A DNA stretch of 64,000 nucleotides. Origin: Azolla caroliniana (taxonomy: Eukaryota > Plantae > Polypodiophyta). The position numbers were made by a program, and so were the translations under genes. Below are positions 33,951 to 49,300 of the stretch, in pieces. The stretch is taken from contig JBHGNT010000008.1 in NCBI GenBank assembly GCA_043228905.1, forward strand, positions 7,502,001 to 7,566,000, in the 5' to 3' direction. Position 1 is the stretch's first letter. Every line of letters starts with the position of its first letter. Below the pieces are notes generated by a model. It was given only the letters and a program-made list of their open reading frames with translations, was not told where the DNA came from and did no database searches.

Positions 33951-36086
33951 TCATACTCCATTCACGCACATTTATTAATATAAATGTGTGTTTTCACCAG
34001 AGAGAGAGAGATTTTGTCATCGTCCTCGAAGGTCATATATGGTCTATGGGACCAAAAGTAAATTAATTATTTATACAATATATTTGGAATTAATTAGTAA
34101 CTCTCAATGTTCAAGAATGTTACAAATAATGTTGCAATCTTTAATGTACATTATGATTTATGATTGTTTGCAAACTACATTGTATGGAGAAATAATTCAA
34201 ATGTAGTTGAATGCATCACCATTGTATCAAAGTGTGATACTCTTATTCCCGCATGCATAATCAACGGGTCTTCTTACTTGTCCCTCGACACCTTGTATCA
34301 CATCAAAGAGAATGTGAACGAAGTTGTATTGATATAAGGTGGAAATCATTTCTTCCATCATTAATGCTAGTTGAAAGTCTCTAATGAGTATCCATACATT
34401 GAAAATGTCCATCCTAAATCATCCAAAGGTACCCACAACGGTACCAAATTTCTCACCAAGCTCAACTAGTCTCTTAACAATCATTGCTTGCTTTACTTCG
34501 TTGGATTGAGGATATGCGTCTCTCAAGGTTCTGAATAAGGGAGCATGACCACTAAAAAGGACTCCCTAAAATTTTATGTCAAGAAAATTTCCATCAAATG
34601 TTTGGGAGGACACCCATTAAGGTTTGCATTGACACATCCAAACACCTTGAAGAGCATGCTTTACAACTAGACCATCACACTTTAAGTAGCTTCTAAAATA
34701 TAAATGAATTATGATCATCATGTTTAAAAAATAGTTTTATTAATGATATAAGTTATCTTATTTTTCTAGCGAGGGCTATGCAAATGAAATTGCTTGATAA
34801 AATGTGTATATTTACACACTTGGAACTATATATATATATATATATCTCACATTGTACATGTAAATTTTACATGTGCCAGCTCCTTCACATCAACATGTGT
34901 CTTGTCTCCTATTATTTTTCTCTCATCAAGACATCATCCTTTTGAAGTGGCAAGTTGACAACCACACTTTACTACTCTTGCACATGCCAAGCATATGACT
35001 AACTACCCCGAAGATTCTTGTCCAGAGCTTTCGTTCTTAGCTCATTTGTTTTCTTTACCTACCAATTGCGCATCGAAATGGTTTCCTACGATTTCTCGAG
35101 CACAATGGCATATTGGTAACAGGTGATCGAGAATGATAGCTTATCTGTTCATGATAAAAATAATACTATACAAAAAGCAAAGTTCACAAAAGAATTTTGC
35201 AATAAAAATCTACACCAAAAAATTATGGTGTGAACCAACACATATGTGGGAGTATGTGTGTGTGTGAACTAACCAAGATGAATCTACTTGTCGAATTCTA
35301 CATTGGTTATATATATTTCTATATTTTACAAAGACTTTGTTTTATTCTAGATAAGGCTGTGGAAACCTGTTATTTCATGTTCTCAGCAAGTAATACAAAA
35401 CACTACATAGCATTGTTCTCCCCATGAACTGATACAGAAACCATCATCTCCATGTTATTTCATTGGCCAACCCTCATCACACATTTGGATCACAAAGATC
35501 CACTTACCTCAGATCTTACTTGGATATGACAGCAATCAGGACACAAATGATTAAATTTTTAAATGACTAGGAAGGAATGTTCAGTACATGACAGATAATA
35601 ATAGAGAGATTCGCAAATGAATAGCATAGTAGTGCTTTTAGATAGATGCACATAGATGCAACTTCGAGTCGAAATTAACATAAATAAAGGACATCACAAA
35701 TGAATAGCATAGTACTGCCTTTAGATAAGAAGTGAAGAGAAGCAACATCAAATCTGAATTAACTTGGTTTAAGAATCACAAGACAGACAATTAACTTGAA
35801 TCTGATCTGGAAAGATTCTTCTTTGCATAAAATAATTGCAATTAAGGAACTCACAAATGAATAGTGCAGTACTACCTTTAGATAGAACCCATCAATAATG
35901 TTCCTAATAGGAGTCCATAAGATATGAAACTCAAAACATTACCAAATTCAAAAAACAAAAGAATTTTGAAACCTATAGATAGATAGAAACCATCATATGA
36001 TCTCAAGTCCATAAAAGATATGAAACTCCATAAGCAAAAGCCAACAAATGAATGAATTCAAACATAGGGGACTTTTATATTCTCTA

Positions 36087-37939
<1,853 letters not shown>

Positions 37940-37959
37940 TTTCGGTTACAATGGATGAA

Positions 37960-39520
37960 CTGCCATGACAAATGCAATGTTTAGAATGGGTCACAATTGA
38001 CAAAGAATGAGCACAGAAGATTATAAGTAGTTCAAATAATGTTGACTCAGATGCCTATCAAGAATATTGTGGGACAGAGGCATAAATTGCACATAAATTG
38101 CAGGTGTGATCAGATGGATCCATTGGCAACGTCTCCCAAAGTAGATGGATATCACTTGGACTTGGTGTAACAATATTAAACAAAGCTTGGCATATTAGTA
38201 TTCATTGAGTAGAAGAAATCCTTGATAAAAATTCATCCCTATATAAACAAACGAAACTCTCAAGCGCTTCTCCCTATGACAATTAGCAACTTCTGGAAAG
38301 ATCAATTATCTTAGTATCACTATGACATATCTAAGACTTAAAGCAAGATTTGACTATGCCTTGACAAATTCATCCCCATTACAAACGTACATGGCTAAAA
38401 TCAATTGTTAATGTGCACAAGTAAAAGAAGATTATCCGATTGTGAAGGGGAGATAAAACATAGTAGCCTATCCAGTGACACGTGGAAGATGGAAAGTGGC
38501 ACCAGGTGGAATCACATCATCCTATCCGAAAGGTTGCTAGAAAAATGTGTCAGAATACGTTAAGCTACGATTCAAGATAAAGACAAGACATGGATACAGA
38601 ACGTATGATATATTTATGTGCATTCACATAGAGGGAACTGGATCCGGACTCGCAGATCCTGAAGAGATGACCGTTTATTTATACACATTATCAGATCCTA
38701 CAGAGAAGACCAATTATCTTAGTTTACTTTGAAAAACACAAAAGGAAACTAAATGTGGAAAAGGGAATGGTTACACATAGCTGGAATCATTTGCAAATGA
38801 CAGAAAAAAAGGAAGCGTGTGGAACTTCCTAAATTTTGATTTGCAAATGTTAAGGATTGGATAAAGGAAAGAACGAAGTAGAATATAGAGAGAATGTAGA
38901 GGAAAATCCATGTTTTGATTCAATAAGTGAAAATGGAATGTATGAGAACCTATACTTCGATCCTGAGGATGAAAATGAAGCAAAGGTGTGCGGAGAAGAT
39001 ATAGGAAACTTACATTCCAACTCAAGAAGTGAAAAAATGAAGGACTTTTGTAACTGGAGAAGGTGCAGAAGACATACACTTGGATTCAAGACGTGAATAG
39101 TGAAGGGAACTTGAACGTGGAGAAGTTGCAGGAAAATGTGAAAATGAAGTCGAATTGTCATGGATAAGGCATTGAAACCCTAGATAAACACACTATCGCA
39201 GACATCTGGAAAGACTGAAAAGTGAGGGATCCAAAGAAAGCCCAGCAATGGAAGAAATTTTAGCTAGTTAACGATCAGATTGTGTTTGTGTGTGAGAGGA
39301 AGAGAGGGAGATTTATTTACCTTCAAAGATCTGATGAAAACAAGATTGGAGAGAGGCGAGGAGCTGAGTTAAACACATAGAGAGAGAGAGAGAGCTTTAC
39401 CTTCGAATCTCTGATGAAAATGAGCTTGTCGGGGAGAAATGAGAAGAGATGAAAAGAAATAAGATGAGATGAGAAGATTTACCTGCGGAACTAGTAGAAG
39501 ATCTGAGGAAGACGGTCTCG
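37960..39520 (-). other. Predicted tubulin 5'UTR introns and microexons
   Basis: Acceptor GGCAG at 37960; donors GTAAAT/GTAAAG at 39320, 39400, 39482; acceptors TTTTCATCAG at 39331 and 39411. Confidence 0.6.
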
Positions 39521-42500
39521 TCTAAGCGATCGCGCACACAGAGATGATGGAGATGGAGATTGAAGAGGAAGATCGTGTGTGGTTTTTCTTCGTAATTTGC
39601 AGACAGACAGACAGACAGACAGACAGAAAGATAGAGAGATATAGAGAGAAAGAGTAAGCTTATTTAATTTCGTTAGTATCTATTTCTATCCTTTCAAACA
39701 CAAAAACAAAAAAAAATATTAACAAAGTAAAAAATGAAAAAAGGCGGCCTTACCTTCGTGATTAATTACCTAATTATGGTCTTAGCTAGTTAATTAATTA
39801 GTTAATTAGCCTTCCCTTATCCTTAGCCTCTCATATATGTGTGTGTAAAATCTCTCTTGTCTAAGTCTTGTCTTTCTCTATATATCTTTTCCTTATCTCT
39901 ATGTATATTTTTCCCTTACTTGGTTAAGTAGGTACTTAGTTAGTTAATTAGGTACTTAATTAGTTAATTAATTATTTAATTAGGCTGCCTCTCGTGTGCA
40001 CGTGTAGAATCTCTCTGTATATACTTTCCGATGGTATTCTATTTGTCCAAATATGTTTTCCAGCGGGCATCTATATGTCTCTATATACATATACTTTTCC
40101 TTGCGGTATTTTGTTTGTCTTTTGATATGTTTTCTAGTGATCTACCTATCTCTATATATACTTTTTCCGGTAGCCATATCTTGTGTGGTTTGAGAGAGAG
40201 AGAGAAAGCCAAAGAGAGATGGATGGACCTGGTTGGAGGTCATGGGTTCAACCCTTACATTCCACAATGGCATCTACTAAATTAAGAGATATTTATGGAG
40301 TATCACCGAGGTGAGGGGGTGGGTGGCCAGTTTTTTTTATGCTCCTTCGGGACCTCCGCTCTCTTTTACGGTTTGTCTCATCCTCTCCCCCTTCTTCTTC
40401 TTCTTCTTCTTCAATATTTCCCTTCCTCCGATCTCCACTTTCTTCTTTGGTAGTAACATTGTGAATCATGACACTTGGTAGGCGTCACGATTAAGATTAC
40501 CTACCAAAAAGCTCATCAAGCATGGATGGTCCAACCTTCCCAAACTAAGGTAGGTGGCAATGAGGTAGTACATTGTCCATGGTTGACCTACCTCACTTGT
40601 ATGGAAGTAGGCCAAATGTTGTTAAACTTGGATAGGTTATCTAAATGTTTGTAAACCCTACTTAGGTTTGGAAAATGTCGATGTTGGCACTAGGCCTTTG
40701 TTGTTGGTTGGCGTTGAGATCGACAGGCATGAATAAGAACATGTGTAGAATCAAATTATTAGAATATTTGGTCAACAACCACCATTGGTCATGACCTTAT
40801 GAGGATAGTGGATGAATAATAACATGTGTTGAGTCAATTATTACGACATGCGCCCAATGGCTATTGACTTTATTAGGGTGACATGGTAAAGCAAGCTCTA
40901 ATGTCGATAATCTCACTTATGTTAGCTACTTACAACCCCTACCTAACACTAGGTTTTCACAATGGGGGGTGTTCTTGAGGTCGACGAAGATGAAATAAGA
41001 ACATGCATAACAATCTTCACAATTCACAAGACTTGAAAGTACCAATTATTGGGACGAAATTTGGCAATAAGTTAATAATAATCTTGTACCATTTTGCCCT
41101 CACATATTTCATGGTCAATCCCTACCCTACTTATAGCTTAGTTAACCAAGAGCATGCCAACACATGTTTATGTTCACATGGATGAATAAGAAATGACATA
41201 GGAACAATGGTGGTTCATGCAATGAATTAGCACCTACCTTTTATCAAGATTGGCTCTATGATGAAAGCTAGAGAGGCCTTAGTTATCTCTCCTTGGTCAT
41301 ATTTCTCCCCAGGGTGCATGGGCTTTTATGTCTACAAACCCATGTTGAAAGCCTCAATGTATATCCAAAAACACGTTAAATCTTTAAAGTTTGTTACGCA
41401 TGAATTTTCAAACCTGTAACAATTTGGTGTCAGGAAACAATCAACAAAGTCATCCCAAGCTTGCAAATCACGAGTCATCCACCATAACTAGCTAAAACAA
41501 GTTGCTAGATTTACGATGGTATGATCTAGATTTGTCGTCCAATTTTTCTAAATGTAGGATAAGATATTTATAAGAGACTTAATTTGTAGTATCGTTAATT
41601 ATATCTCCATGAATAAGATGCAACGTAAAGATAATTGTATTCGAGCAAAACTTCATACATGAAATATCTTATGAATAGAACAATTTGATCATAGTCCTTT
41701 GACATGCCTTTTAGCAAGGTATAAACACATCGGAGTACATCCATTGTGCATTCATATGTGCAAATTATATGTATGGGGGAAAGTGCCTTAATTGGGATCA
41801 ATACAACTAGATCTATGTCATATGTCGTTTTATAATCTACAAATACGTAGACCAAACGATGAAAATCAAATAAATGACACACTTTCTTTATTGTTGATAT
41901 AAGTTTCACTTTTAAGGGACATCTCTTTGTCCACGTAACTATGACATACGCACATGCAGAGATACTTTTTTGAAGCATCGATGAATGTTATGGATGATGT
42001 TTGTGGGAAAAATAGAGAGCCTAGTAGTGACACGAATTTGGCATTAAGATATACTAACTTTAGGTGTGTCACATCAATTGCTAGTAAAAGCAAGATATTT
42101 TGCAATAAAGATATATTTGAGGAGATGCATTCTTGTCCAACAAAGCATCGTCTAGTTCCTCTTGGGAGTTGGGACCCCCCTCTATAGCGTATTACATATA
42201 CATACATTGGTAACATTAAATAAAGAACTGACAAAGTTAATGAAATAATAGCTTTTTGTTTCTCACATCTTTGTCTTTAAAGCTTCAAGTGAACAAACTA
42301 TACGATGTGCGTTGTGGCCACATTGGCATTTTAGAGACATAAACACTCTTTTTCTACTTCTACCTCCATAATATGATCCCCTCATTGTCAACTAACCCTT
42401 TAACGATTTTTTCTACATTGAGCCATATACATGAATTTGCATGCAGCTAGGAGCAATTCTAGGACTATGAGTGAGACCTAATGGTAAAATTTAAAGATAA

Positions 42501-43469
42501 TTGGAAGGCGCTTGAACTTGAACATTATAATTTGTTGAAGTTTTGTTACATAAAGAATATTTTATATGTCAAAATTTATAATATAGGTGTTAAGATGAAA
42601 ATCTTTATTGAAGATAACGCGCTCAGAGTTTTGATGACAAGTATAGGTGTTGTAGAAAAGTTTAGCTTTATGAAGTGAAGATGGCTCTAATCTAGAGTGC
42701 AAGGAAGGACATTGTTGTGGATATCATTTTTTAGACCTACGCTTAGTTTTATCATAAAAGGACCATCTCCAATAACCACAATGCTTGGGATTACTACTAA
42801 AATATTTAACAAACCAATCAATGTAAGAATTCCATAAATAGGCTTATTATTGATCATAAGTGAACTTTGGTCTTCACTATCAAGGAGAGATAATGATCCT
42901 CAAATATGACCTCTTATTGTTGGAAGTTTTACACTTGGAACTTTAATTTCGAATGCCTTGTGGATTACAAATTTGCAAAATTTCTATTGGTAGAAATAAA
43001 AATGACATTTAGTTGATGAGTTTGATGGGATTGTCAAGTGCTCTTTGGCTATGATAAACTAAAAGTGAGATTCAATTAGGGAAAACATGTGATCCTAATT
43101 ATGAATTAAAATGATCAAATGCTTGTAATTGGAGTATAGGTAATTGGTAATTGTATCAATGATCCTATGCATGGTAAATGACCATACAAATCTATCATAT
43201 GGGAATATTTTCAATTCATATTTCAATCTACCATGCGATGTTAGACAAACTTGTTGCCATATTTTCCGACAAGGTTTTATTCTATCTATTTCATCACAAC
43301 AAATTTATTAGACCTCATGATGATAGAAGTCAAGTCATATGGAATCAAATTGTACATGAGGTCATTGGTATAGATAACAACAAAAGAAAATCAATCTCAA
43401 TCTACAAGCTTGGACAAGTGGCTTGAAAAACCTTCTGTCTATGAAATCCATTGTTCTAGCCTCCCTCCA

Positions 43470-43770
43470 CCGTTGTTTGAACCGAACCGCGAAACCGCAA
43501 CTTAACGGTTTTTTATTAATTAATTTATTTTTGGTCATTAAACAATCTTTTCATTTTCATGCCTTATTCTCACATTTTAGGAAAATCTTTAAATTTTAAA
43601 TAATGAAATATTTTAAAATTTAAAATTTGACCTAAGCTGAAAACCGAAACCGAACCACAAAACTGTGGTTTTACTGGTTTAATGGCTTAACGGTTTGAAC
43701 AAATTTTAATGGTTTGGTTTGGAATTTTAAACGGTTCGGTTTGGACCCTCTCGAACCGAACTGATGCCGA
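43470..43770. mobile_element. AT-rich MITE-like element with AACCGAACC subterminal motifs
   Basis: Reverse-complement homolog of 51710-52085. Confidence 0.55.
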
Positions 43771-44692
43771 TTGTTAGTTGTTTGGTAAAAACTTTGTGAG
43801 GTTGCAAAATACTAACATAGAGATGGATATATGATATTGGTGTTCCATCAATTGTTTAACTAATATAGTTTCCAAGCAATGTATACATCAAACGACTTAC
43901 ATCACATCTACGAGAAGCATGGACTAACACCAAATCGGTGAACCTAAGAACGCATAAGTAGTTATAATGTTACACACAATAAGCATTTTTTCTAAATATA
44001 TGTCAAGCATGTATTTGGTATATTTTCATCATGTTCCACTATTTTAGAAATGGTATAATTCTAAAAAAAGACTAGCGATGTTGTCAAGAAAGTCCCGAGT
44101 CATTGAATTAATGACGAAAGCAAATATCAATGAAGATCGTGTTTCAATGTGAACTGTTGTGTAGTATATCTTGCAAGCTTTTTTATTGTTGTAAAGGAGA
44201 TATCACTTATCGAGGCATGCATAGAGTTAATGTGCATGGCTAACTAGATGGGGGGAATAATACCTTTGGAGGGTTTATGAATCAAGAGTTGATGATCACA
44301 AGTTTCAAAATGCATCATTTATCTAGCCATTAGCATCACATTATATTGCGATGCATCATGCAATTCAATGTAAAAGAGTGCTTTTAGCTTTGTACATGCA
44401 TTGTGGAATATTTTCACTGTATTATTGTTTTGCATTTTTGTGTGGCCTTAACATTTTGATATTTATTTTCTTACACAATAGGCATTCGCTCTATATCGGC
44501 TCTCGATTTATTGTTAGATACTAGATACGTCCAATGTCATCCACCCAATTACTTTTTTTTCTTTGACTTCTCTTGCTCATTCTTCCTTCTATAACCTAAG
44601 GAGAAACTTTCCAGTTGTAATCGTGAAGATGGCCATATTGTGTGTTGGCAATCTTAAAGGTTTTACGGAACACGTTTTAAAGGACCTCTAGT

Positions 44693-45797
44693 TAGCAATG
44701 GGCACGGTACGGTTTCGGTTCGGTTCAGTTTCATGGCAAAGAAACCGAACCGTTTATATAAAACAAAAACCAAACCATTTTAACAGAAATCGTTTAGGGA
44801 AAAATTGAAACCAAACCGAACCATTTAATAAAAAATTTAAACCTAACCATTTAAGTCAAACTAATTAAACATCTAAATAAACAAAAATCATTAAATTAAA
44901 TAAACATTTTAATTAAATTTATTAAATCATTAAAAGAAACTTTAGTTGAACCATTAAATTAAATAAACATTTAAGTTAAATTAATTAAAAAAATCATTAA
45001 ATTAATAAACTATTAAGGTAAAAAAAAAGTTAACCAAAAACCTATAAAGCTAAAGAAATTCAGAACTATAAAAAGGAGTTTGGTGATTTTCTTCTCCTCT
45101 CCAATGGAAGACATGTATTGGAGGTCTTAGATACTATAACATTCCATTGTTTGGAAGAGGATATGGTCTGGTCTACGATATCTTCTCTAGTAGTTTGGGT
45201 ATTGTGGAAGGCTAGATGTAAATGTGTATTTCAAAAAATAAAACAGAATGCAGTTGGGTTAGTCAAAGAGGTATGGTTAATGCTCTTACACACTTTAAGA
45301 GGTCAATATGATGCAATAGTTGGAGAGCCTGAGGTTGTGATTCGTAAACAACAACAGTTTCGTGAATTTTGGAAAAGCGTCGAGGTCTTCACCTCTTTTG
45401 GAGAAAGAATAAAGTGGAGATATGCTCCACCAACATGGCTTTTTCCACCCCCCCCCCCCCCCATCTTGGAACAATCCTACATGAGGGCTTTTGATACTTA
45501 ACATATTGGTTGATGTGGATATAAGGGTTTTAATATATTGTATGAATTCGTTGTAACCTTTCGGCATCTTTCCATTAATACCAAGGTGAACCTTCCTTAT
45601 AAATAAAAAAAACAAAAACCTATAAAGCTTTAAACCAAACCATTTAACCAATAAACCTGAGTTTTAGAACTGAATTGGACCGTTTATCCAAAAATCTAAA
45701 CCAAACCAAACCATTAAAATTTTTTGGAACCAATAAACCGCTAAACCATGGTTTATATGGTTCAGTTCGGTTTGAGCCGAAACCGTGCCCATTGCTA
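44693..45797. mobile_element. Non-autonomous hAT-type DNA transposon
   Basis: TIR TAGCAATGGGCACGGT / ACCGTGCCCATTGCTA; 8-bp TSD CCTCTAGT at 44685-44692 and 45798-45805; AACCGAACC subterminal repeats. Confidence 0.9.
45052..45612 (+). mobile_element. 5'-truncated L1-type LINE 3' end inside the hAT element
   Basis: VWVLWKARCKCVF motif, A-rich tail, 17-bp TSD CAAAAACCTATAAAGCT at 45035-45051 and 45613-45629. Confidence 0.85.
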
Positions 45798-46364
45798 CCT
45801 CTAGTAATTTCTTGAAGACTTGATGATATCATGGTCAATACGAAGGGGTATCATGGTGAATTAGGCAAAATGTTTGATATATATTCGGAGCTAAGAAAAC
45901 TTGGGTTATAATTTTCTGAAAAAACAATGGGTATTATAATTGTCAGGAACAGTACTAAGACAGAGAAGGAATTAGTACTAAAAGAAGTATTAGTACTAAG
46001 AGAGGTGAAGAACTCTCGAGAGAAGGAAAGAGGGAGTGAGAGGAAGGGAGAGAGAGATCGAGAGAGAGAGAGAGATTATAAGAAAAGATATATATTATGT
46101 GAAGAGAATGTACATTAGTAGCTAGGAGGCTTAAGACTGGCGTTGAACCGATTTGGTTCGAAATAATGCCTCGTGCCTCCTTTTATAGCGTTCTAGGGAA
46201 TACTCCTGAAGTTTCTAGAATGTTCCAGAGAAATCTGGAATATACATCAATTTTGCTACAATAAAACATAAATGAAAATAATATTCTATGTATTACAATG
46301 TATAGTCTAATGGTCAAGAGCTCAACCCATGTAGCATAAGGTCATGGGTTCGAGTCTTGCCATA

Positions 46365-49300
46365 TCATGACACTATCCCCCCTTTAAAACGACGAGTGTA
46401 ATGAGTCGTTTTGGATTGAGGACCCGGTTTCTCTGGATATTGATGGTGGAAGTCTTCAAGAAGTGCACGAGCATTGGTGACATTCTTTATCGGTTCCCAA
46501 GTACGCTCAATGGGACTATATCCTAGCCAATTGACTAGATAGTAGAGCTTGTTGCGAACAATCTTGGAATCAAGGATGGCAACAACCTCGTACTCAGGTC
46601 CATCTTCAAGCTCGATCGGGGGTGGAGGCTGTGTAATACGTCCTGGGATGGTGCTCTCTTGATAGGGTTCAAGGAGAGAACTATGAAACACCGGATGTAT
46701 CCGAAGTTGTGGAGGTAGATCGAGATGAAAAGCGACATCATTAATCTTTCCTATGATATGGAAAGGACCTAATCGCCGATAATCCAACTTCTCGCATGGG
46801 CGAGTAGTCTTGATGTGTCGTCGGAGTAACCATACCCGATCTCCAATGTTAAAACTGGATGGGTGTCGATGACGATCCGCATAAACCTTGTGTGTTTGCT
46901 GAGCTTGTTGGAGATGAGTAGATAAATCCGCTTGTATCTTGCGTAACAGTTCCAAACGATCCTCCGCGCAAGGATTTGTGGACACCTCTGGGGTTTCAAG
47001 TACACACCACCGGGGGTGACATCCCGTATAAGCATAAAATGGCGTAACTTTAGTCGATGCGTGGATAGAGTTATTATAGGCAAATTCGGCGAAGTGGAGA
47101 ATATCTGCCCAGTCATCCTGATGATAGCTGAGAAAGCACCGCAGGTACTGCTCCAGCGTTTGATTTGTTCGTTCGGCTTGGCCGTCGGTTTGTGGGTGGT
47201 AGCCGGAGAAGAGGTTACAAGTGACCTTGAGCATTTTAAAAAGGTGCTTCCAGAATTTTGACACGAACTGGGGTCCACGGTCGCTGACGATACTATCGGG
47301 AAGTCCATGATGCCGACATACTTCACGCATGACAATTTCGGCGGTGTCTTCACTGGAGATTTCCTTAGTACATGGCAAAAAATGAGCCATCTTCGTATAT
47401 CGATCTACCACTGTTAGAATCGCATTGAACCCCTTAGAGACTGGAAGATCTGTGATGAAGTCTAGAGCAATGGATTGCCACGGCTTGCTTGGAATTGGTA
47501 ATGGTTCTAATAAACCATATGGATGATGCCTTGGCATTTTCGCTCTGCAGCATGTGTCACAAGTCCAAACAAAATCTTCGACAAATTGTCGCATACGGGG
47601 CCACCAGAATGATCGTTGTACTAAATCTAATGTTTTAGTACTACCAAAATGCCCAGCTGTATATGTGTCATGACAGTTTTGTACTACTTGAAGGAGGGAA
47701 GAACCATTAGGAACATACAAAAGTTCTTTAAAGAAGAGTAACCCATCATGGTATTTGAATTGCCGATAGTCCGTACCTGGTGGTTGCGACTGTGAACACG
47801 ACGCTCGAGAGGGATCAATTTGTGCTAGTATAGCTTGGGCGAAAGCATCTGTCTTCAGGTCCGCACGTATGATATCGATAACGTGGGAATCCATGGGCAT
47901 GCCAAAGACTTGTGTTGCTTGCAATCGTGCCGGTCCCAAGATTACTTGCTTTTGGTTATCGAAAGCTGGCTCGCCGGGACGCGGTGCTAGGTACGAACGC
48001 CGTGATAATGCATCTGCTTTTCCTTGATGTTTCCCAGGTTGATATGTAATCTTGAAGTTGAAACGCGTGAGAAAATGGGCCCACCGAGCTTGACGTCGAT
48101 TTAACACACGAGCGTCTTGAAAATAGGCGAGGTTTTTGTGGTTACTGAATACAGTGACTTGATGAGAAGATCCCTCTAGAAAATGCCTCCATTGCATAAA
48201 AGAGTCCACTATAGTCAATAGCTCTTTATCATGAATTTCGTACTTGATTTCGGCGGCGTCAAACTTGCGTGAGTGAAAAGCCACAGGATGTAGCTTTTCA
48301 TCATTACCTCGTTGTGATAGAATGCTTCCCAATGCAAAATCCGATGCGTCCGCTTCGATGATTAATGGTTTTTCTGGATCAACGTGAGCTAGAATCGGAG
48401 CCGATGTAAATGCCTGTTTAAGATTCTCAAAAGCCATGTCCGCTTCTTCAGACCAAACGAACGATTGTCCCTTCCTAGTAAGTTGTGTAAGAGGCAAAAC
48501 GAGCTTTGAGTAATCCTTTATAAACTTCCGGTAAAAATTGGCAAAGCCTAGAAAGCATTGCACATCCCGCACCGAACGCGGAGTCTGCCATTCTACCACC
48601 GTTTTGACCTTAGATGGGTCCATGGAGATGCCTTCTGAGGAAATGACATAACCGAGAAATTCCACCTGGTTGCACCCGAAACTACATTTTCTAGCTTTGC
48701 ATAGAGACCATGTTCTCGAAGTCGCTTTAGTACTAATAGTACATGAGAATCATGCTCTTCTTGGTTCTTCAAGTAAACCAGTAGATCATCCAAATAGATC
48801 ATTAGACACACATCCAAGAGATCTCGGAAAATATCATTTGCCATGTGCTGGAAGACTGCTGGCGCATTAGTGAGGCCGAACGACATGACCGTATACTCGA
48901 AGTGCCCATATCTGGTGCGGAACGCGGTCTTCCATTCATCTCCTGGTCGGATCCGTACGAGGTTATAGGCTCCCCGTAAGTCGATCTTCGTGAAGAACCT
49001 GGCACCATTGATTCGTTCTAAAAGACTTGAGATAAGGGGGAGTGCATACCTATTTCGGATTGTAACCTTATTCAAGCCACGGTAATCTACAACGAGCCGA
49101 AGTGAGCCATCCTTTTTCTTGACGAAGAAAATGGGTGCGCCGGTTGGAGATTTCGAATGTCGTATGAAACCATTCTCCAAATTCTCCTCTATATAGGCTC
49201 GAAGGACTTCCAGTTCGGTTGGTGACAAATTGTAGATCGGTCCCCAAGGTGGCTCTTTCCCCGGTTGTAAATCGATGGGGCAATCATATGGTCGATGGTG

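Noticed and set aside
34200-34690. Possible transposase or nuclease remnant
   Set aside because: No motif could be identified with confidence by eye; needs a translated search.
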